Assembly: GCA_965248575.1 (NCBI GenBank) | Contig: CBDFJQ010000002.1 | Span: 1,280,001-1,344,000, forward strand | Origin: Planctomycetota bacterium | GTDB taxonomy: Bacteria; Planctomycetota; B15-G4 | Direction of reading: 5' to 3' | DNA: 64,000 nt | In this document: positions 60,137-64,000 of the stretch, in pieces | How the letters are laid out: every line of letters begins with the position of its first letter | How positions within the stretch are numbered: the first letter of the stretch is position 1 | Position numbers and translations under genes: made by a program | Notes under the pieces: generated by a model | Seen by the model: only the letters and a program-made list of their open reading frames with translations | Told to the model about the DNA's origin: nothing | Databases searched by the model: none

Positions 60137-60580
60137 TCAGCGGAACACTTCCTTTGCTTGGCTCTCGAACTTCTCGCGAGCCTGAGTGCGACGCTCCTCC
60201 CACAACTCGGGGCGCCACAGCTCCACACGCCGACCCACGCCGGCAAAGACAACTTTGTCCTCCAGCCCCACCGACCGCTTGAGCGCGTCGGGGAGCAACA
60301 TGCGACCGTTCTTGTCCAGCGGGCAGCCTTCCGCGCTGGAGTAAAAGGTGCGCGAAAAATCGCGCACGTCTTCTTCGCCGACGGACCCCCGGTCGACGTC
60401 AGAACCCAGGCTGTCGAACTCCACCTGGGGCAGGAGGTAGAGACAGCCGTCAAAACCGGCCGTGATGACCACCATGTCTGCCGAGTCCAGAACGCGCAGC
60501 ACCTCCAGCATCTTCCGCGGCACCGAGACGCGATTCTTGGCGTCGATCGAGTGCGTGTAGTTGCTGGTGAATGACTTCAT
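60137..60580 (-). CDS. mraZ: division/cell wall cluster regulator MraZ
   Basis: HSIDAKNRVSVP and LDKNGRMLLP (two DxxxR motifs), GVG.RVELW....W. Confidence 0.95.
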   Translation of the reverse strand: MKSFTSNYTHSIDAKNRVSVPRKMLEVLRVLDSADMVVITAGFDGCLYLLPQVEFDSLGSDVDRGSVGEEDVRDFSRTFYSSAEGCPLDKNGRMLLPDALKRSVGLEDKVVFAGVGRRVELWRPELWEERRTQAREKFESQAKEVFR

Positions 60581-60628
60581 GAGCTGCCCGTGATCCATGA
60601 GGCCCCAAAGTTGGCTGCCTCGGCTGGA

Positions 60629-60653
60629 CCCACCTTAACCCACTTACCCCCAC
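60629..60653 (-). promoter_or_regulatory. MraZ-binding direct repeats
   Basis: Three GTGGG repeats at exact 10-bp period (CCCAC at 60629, 60639 and 60649 on +), upstream of mraZ. Confidence 0.85.
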
Positions 60654-61029
60654 TTTGGGGAGTCGCCAGACCATTTTGCATCCACCCTCAGCGAATCGGG
60701 GACAAGGCGCCCCACAGAGGCCGTTTTCTGGAGCGTGAACTGCTGCGCTCGAGGCCAGAGCGCTGGGGCCACGTCCTCCTTCCGGGCTCGCCGGACCAGG
60801 CTGCCGCCCTGGCCAGAGGAGCAGGCCGTGGAGTCCCCGGCGGGTGACCCGACGCGGCGCACCATCCCCAAGAGCCGCTTTCAGTGGGGATTTCGGGCAG
60901 GAAGGTGCTTCTTGCCGACTTCAGCTCAGCTGCTGAGAGCGCAGCACCCGCCGCGGCCAGCCCATGGTATGGCAGGGTCCGACACGCTGGCCGTGGGTCA
61001 AAGTGGGTCCGGTGACCGGGAACCGGGCC

Positions 61030-61899
61030 CTAGCTTGCCCCCTGCCCGTTCACGATCTCGGGCTTATCGGCGCTGCCCGTCGTCGCCTCGGGCCCGTCCC
61101 CGGTAGCGTCCCCGGTAGCGTCCCCGGTAGCGTCCATGGACCCGTCCTCAGGACCTGGCGTGGCCCCTTCGTCCGGAGATCCTGCGTCTGAGGTGGGAGC
61201 AGATGATTCGCTCGCCGCTTTGGAGTCCTCGGAGGCTCCGCCAGCGGAAGCCGAGGCAAGATCCTCCATGGGGAAATCGGCCGCCAGGAGCCGCGTCAGC
61301 AGCTCCCGTGTCTCCACCAGCGCATCCGAGCTGAGGTGCGGCGCAGGAACCACCAACTCAGGCTCCCCGGCCCCCTTGGCCACGACCATCACCTCCCGTC
61401 CGTCACGTCGCTCGAAGCCCCGTAGCTTGAGGTGGCGCTTGCGAACGAGCACCAGGCCCACCAGGTAGCTCAGCCGCTGGTAGACCGGCTCAGAGCGCTT
61501 GAGCATGCGGTGGAACATCTCCCGCAGCAACGCATAGTCCACCACGGGACTGGCCACGGCATCTTCGGGCAACTTGTGCCGCCAGAACACCTGCGGAGCG
61601 CCGTCCGCCGAAGCTGGGCCGTCGCTTGCAGCCTCTCTGGCAGCGCCCTCCCTGGCAGCGCCTTTCCCGCCAGAGGCTTTCCTGGCCTCGGCGGGCGAGG
61701 AGTCCCCTTCAGCGTCCGGCGCCATCGCGACCGGGAAACCCAGGAGTTCTCCACAGGCTACGCACAGATCCTGCCGTTGGGGGCCATCCTCCTGGAAGGA
61801 GAGCACCACCGTCACATCGTCCCCCACTGCCAACGCAGCTTCACAACGCGAGCACTGCTCCCCACTTGCGGGAATCTTCCAGCCGTCGCCGTCGCTCAT
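61030..61899 (-). CDS. hypothetical protein with N-terminal CxxC...CxxC motif and low-complexity acidic tail
   Basis: CSRC...RQDLCVAC, a conserved-looking FW and YLVGLVLVRKRHLKL core, GGAG-rich codon pattern consistent with coding. Confidence 0.7.
   Translation of the reverse strand: MSDGDGWKIPASGEQCSRCEAALAVGDDVTVVLSFQEDGPQRQDLCVACGELLGFPVAMAPDAEGDSSPAEARKASGGKGAAREGAAREAASDGPASADGAPQVFWRHKLPEDAVASPVVDYALLREMFHRMLKRSEPVYQRLSYLVGLVLVRKRHLKLRGFERRDGREVMVVAKGAGEPELVVPAPHLSSDALVETRELLTRLLAADFPMEDLASASAGGASEDSKAASESSAPTSDAGSPDEGATPGPEDGSMDATGDATGDATGDGPEATTGSADKPEIVNGQGAS
61095..61135. repeat. 12-bp coding tandem repeat
   Basis: CGTCCCCGGTAG x3.4, encoding DATG repeats on the minus strand. Confidence 0.85.
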
Positions 61900-62050
61900 C
61901 GAGTGCACTCATCGGGGGGAGGTCTGCATGCCGCACCCACCATGGGGAAGAGCGCACGCAGAGCATCGAAATTAGCAAGGGCCCGCGAAGCCCTCAAGCA
62001 AGGTGGCGCGGAAGTTGCAGCGATTGGGCGCGGGCCGTAGCCTCGCGGTC

Positions 62051-64000
62051 ATGCCCCCACCTTCGTTCACGCACCTTCACGTTCATAGCCACTATTCCCT
62101 GCTGGACGGTGCCATCACCGTCCCGTCCTTGGTGAAGCAGGCATCCGAGTTCGAAATGAGCTCCCTGGCCCTGACCGATCACGGCAACTTGTTCGGGGCC
62201 ATCGAGTTCTACAGCGCGGCGCGCGAGGCAGGCATCAACCCGATCCTTGGCTGCGAGGCCTACCTGGTCAACGGCGATGCGACCAAGAAGCCGCCGCCAG
62301 GGGAGAAGCGCCCCCGCTACCACATCACCCTGCTTGCCAAGAACAGGAAGGGATTCGAGAACCTCTCGCGGCTCTCCAGCTTGTCCTGGACCAAGGGCTT
62401 CAACCGCAAGCCCTGCATCGACAAGACCATGCTGGCAGAGCACCGCGAGGGTTTGATGGCGCTCTCCGGCTGCCTCAGTGGCGAGGTCGCGCGACACCTC
62501 CAAGCCAATCGTTTGAACGAAGCCGTCAAGAACGCACAGGAGTACGCAGAGATCCTGGGCCCTGACAACTTCTACCTTGAAGTGATGAGCAACGGACTTG
62601 AGCAGCAACGCCTCGTGCACGATGCGATGCCAGCTGTAGCCAAGGAGACCGGGCTGAAGTTGGTGGCCACCAACGACATCCACTATCGCTGCGACGGCGA
62701 TTCCGTCGCCCAAGACGCGCTGATCTGCATCGGTACCGGCCAGCGGATGCACGACCCCGATCGCCGCTTCCGGATCGAGACGGACGAGCTCTTCTTCCGC
62801 AGCAGCGAACAGATGGCAGCCCTCTTCGGCGAAGACAGCGAGGCCTACCGCAGCACCGCTGAAATCGCCGAGCGCTGCAACATCGAGCTCGACCTCGAGA
62901 CCATGCACTTGCCTCACTTCGAGATCCCCACCGGCGAGCCGGCGGAGATCTACATGCGCAGGCTCTGCGAAGAAGGCCTCCGGAAACACTACGGGGAGAT
63001 CACGCCGCCGGTCCGGGAACGCTTCGAGAAGGAGTTCAAGGTCATCGACTCCATGGGGTTCGTGTCCTACTTCCTCATCGTCTGGGACCTCATCCGCTAT
63101 GCCCGCGAGCAGGGGATTCCCGTGGGGCCGGGGCGTGGCTCGGCCGCGGGCTCCATCGTCGCGTACAGCCTCGACATCACGCTGCTCGACCCGCTCAAGT
63201 ACGACTTGCTGTTCGAGCGCTTCCTGAACGCCGACCGCATCTCTATGCCCGATATCGACATCGACTTCTGCCGCGACCGGCGCGAAGAGGTCATCGAGTA
63301 CACCCGCCGCAAGTACGGTGAGGCGCAGGTGTGCCAGATCGTCACCTTCGGAACCTTGGCAGCCAAGGCCGCAGTGCGTGATGCAGGGCGCGTGCTCGAA
63401 GTGCCGTTGGCCGAGGTGGACAAGATCGCCAAGCGCATCCCCGAGATGCCGAAGACGAAGTTGCGCGACGCCTTGGAGGCCGACAAGGAGCTGCGCGAAC
63501 TGCTGGATGCCGATGAACGCCTGAGGGAGCTGGCGGACGTCAGCCAGCGCATCGAAGGCATGGCGCGTAACACCTCGACCCATGCCGCAGGCGTAGTCAT
63601 CACGCAGAACCCGCTGATCGACCACGTGCCCTTGTGCGTCGTACAAGGGGCGCTGAACACGCAGTTCCAGATGTCCGATCTGGAAAAGATCGGACTGCTC
63701 AAGATGGACTTCCTGGGGCTCAAGAACCTCACCATCCTGCAGAAGGTCGCAGACGCGGTGAAGCTGAGCCGGGGACTCGACATCGACTACGAGGCCCTGC
63801 CCCTCGACGACGAAGCGACCTATGCGCTGCTGCGGACAGGCGAGACCGCGGGCGTGTTCCAGCTGGAGTCATCGGGCATGCGCGAACTGCTCGTGCGCAT
63901 GAAGCCCGACTGCTTCGAGGACATCATCGCCCTGATCGCTCTCTATCGGCCTGGCCCCCTGCAATCCGGCATGACCGACAGCTTCGTGAATCGCAAGCAC
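62051..64000 (+). CDS. dnaE: DNA polymerase III alpha subunit, N-terminal part (runs off the window)
   Basis: Not in the ORF track; translated by hand: MPPPSFTHLHVHSHYSLLDGA, ALTDHGN, ATNDIHY, GPGRGSAAGS, FERFLN..R.SMPDIDIDF, HAAGVVI, KMDFLGL, GVFQLES. Confidence 0.97.
   Translation, partial: MPPPSFTHLHVHSHYSLLDGAITVPSLVKQASEFEMSSLALTDHGNLFGAIEFYSAAREAGINPILGCEAYLVNGDATKKPPPGEKRPRYHITLLAKNRKGFENLSRLSSLSWTKGFNRKPCIDKTMLAEHREGLMALSGCLSGEVARHLQANRLNEAVKNAQEYAEILGPDNFYLEVMSNGLEQQRLVHDAMPAVAKETGLKLVATNDIHYRCDGDSVAQDALICIGTGQRMHDPDRRFRIETDELFFRSSEQMAALFGEDSEAYRSTAEIAERCNIELDLETMHLPHFEIPTGEPAEIYMRRLCEEGLRKHYGEITPPVRERFEKEFKVIDSMGFVSYFLIVWDLIRYAREQGIPVGPGRGSAAGSIVAYSLDITLLDPLKYDLLFERFLNADRISMPDIDIDFCRDRREEVIEYTRRKYGEAQVCQIVTFGTLAAKAAVRDAGRVLEVPLAEVDKIAKRIPEMPKTKLRDALEADKELRELLDADERLRELADVSQRIEGMARNTSTHAAGVVITQNPLIDHVPLCVVQGALNTQFQMSDLEKIGLLKMDFLGLKNLTILQKVADAVKLSRGLDIDYEALPLDDEATYALLRTGETAGVFQLESSGMRELLVRMKPDCFEDIIALIALYRPGPLQSGMTDSFVNRKH

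Noticed and set aside
60660..61030. RNase P RNA (rnpB), often found upstream of mraZ
   Set aside because: The conserved GAGGAAAGTCC and ACAGAA.CCGGCTTA motifs are absent on both strands. Kept only as an unknown structured candidate.

Overview
A 64-kb, GC-rich bacterial chromosomal window made up mostly of housekeeping and envelope genes. I found no mobile element, prophage or CRISPR array. The gene content points to a Planctomycetota-like (PVC) organism (inference): a TPR protein with two RNA-polymerase alpha-CTD domains, TPR/CRTAC1(ASPIC-UnbV) pairs, and a dcw cluster that stops at murB without ddl/ftsQ/ftsA/ftsZ. Gene order: murA (partial), TPR-alphaCTD2, ruvA, mnmG, ABC ATPase + pentaheme cytochrome c, ribD, miaB, a TPR-CRTAC1-TPR-CRTAC1-PPIase operon, Zn/TM/HEAT protein, small TPR protein, mnmA, yajC-yraN-pepP-sugar transferase, an HExxH lipoprotein, an O-antigen-ligase/GT-C/sulfatase-like operon, tRNA-Sec, folD, HEAT-vWA, selA-selD (SelD has an in-frame UGA and a SECIS-like hairpin), recJ, rhomboid, a split class II RNR with NrdR boxes, the dcw cluster (with a LysM gene and MraZ boxes) and dnaE (partial). 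The most striking unannotated element is a roughly 130-nt transcription unit at 26.65-26.81 kb. It has a sigma-54-type promoter, a dense set of GGA motifs (one in a near-consensus CsrA hairpin) and a strong intrinsic terminator, so it is a candidate CsrA-sequestering sRNA or an attenuator of the downstream glycosylation operon. Three other long intergenic regions (0.63-0.86, 18.3-18.6 and 60.7-61.0 kb) look like structured RNAs. All calls come from reading the sequence by eye; no database searches or folding programs were run.
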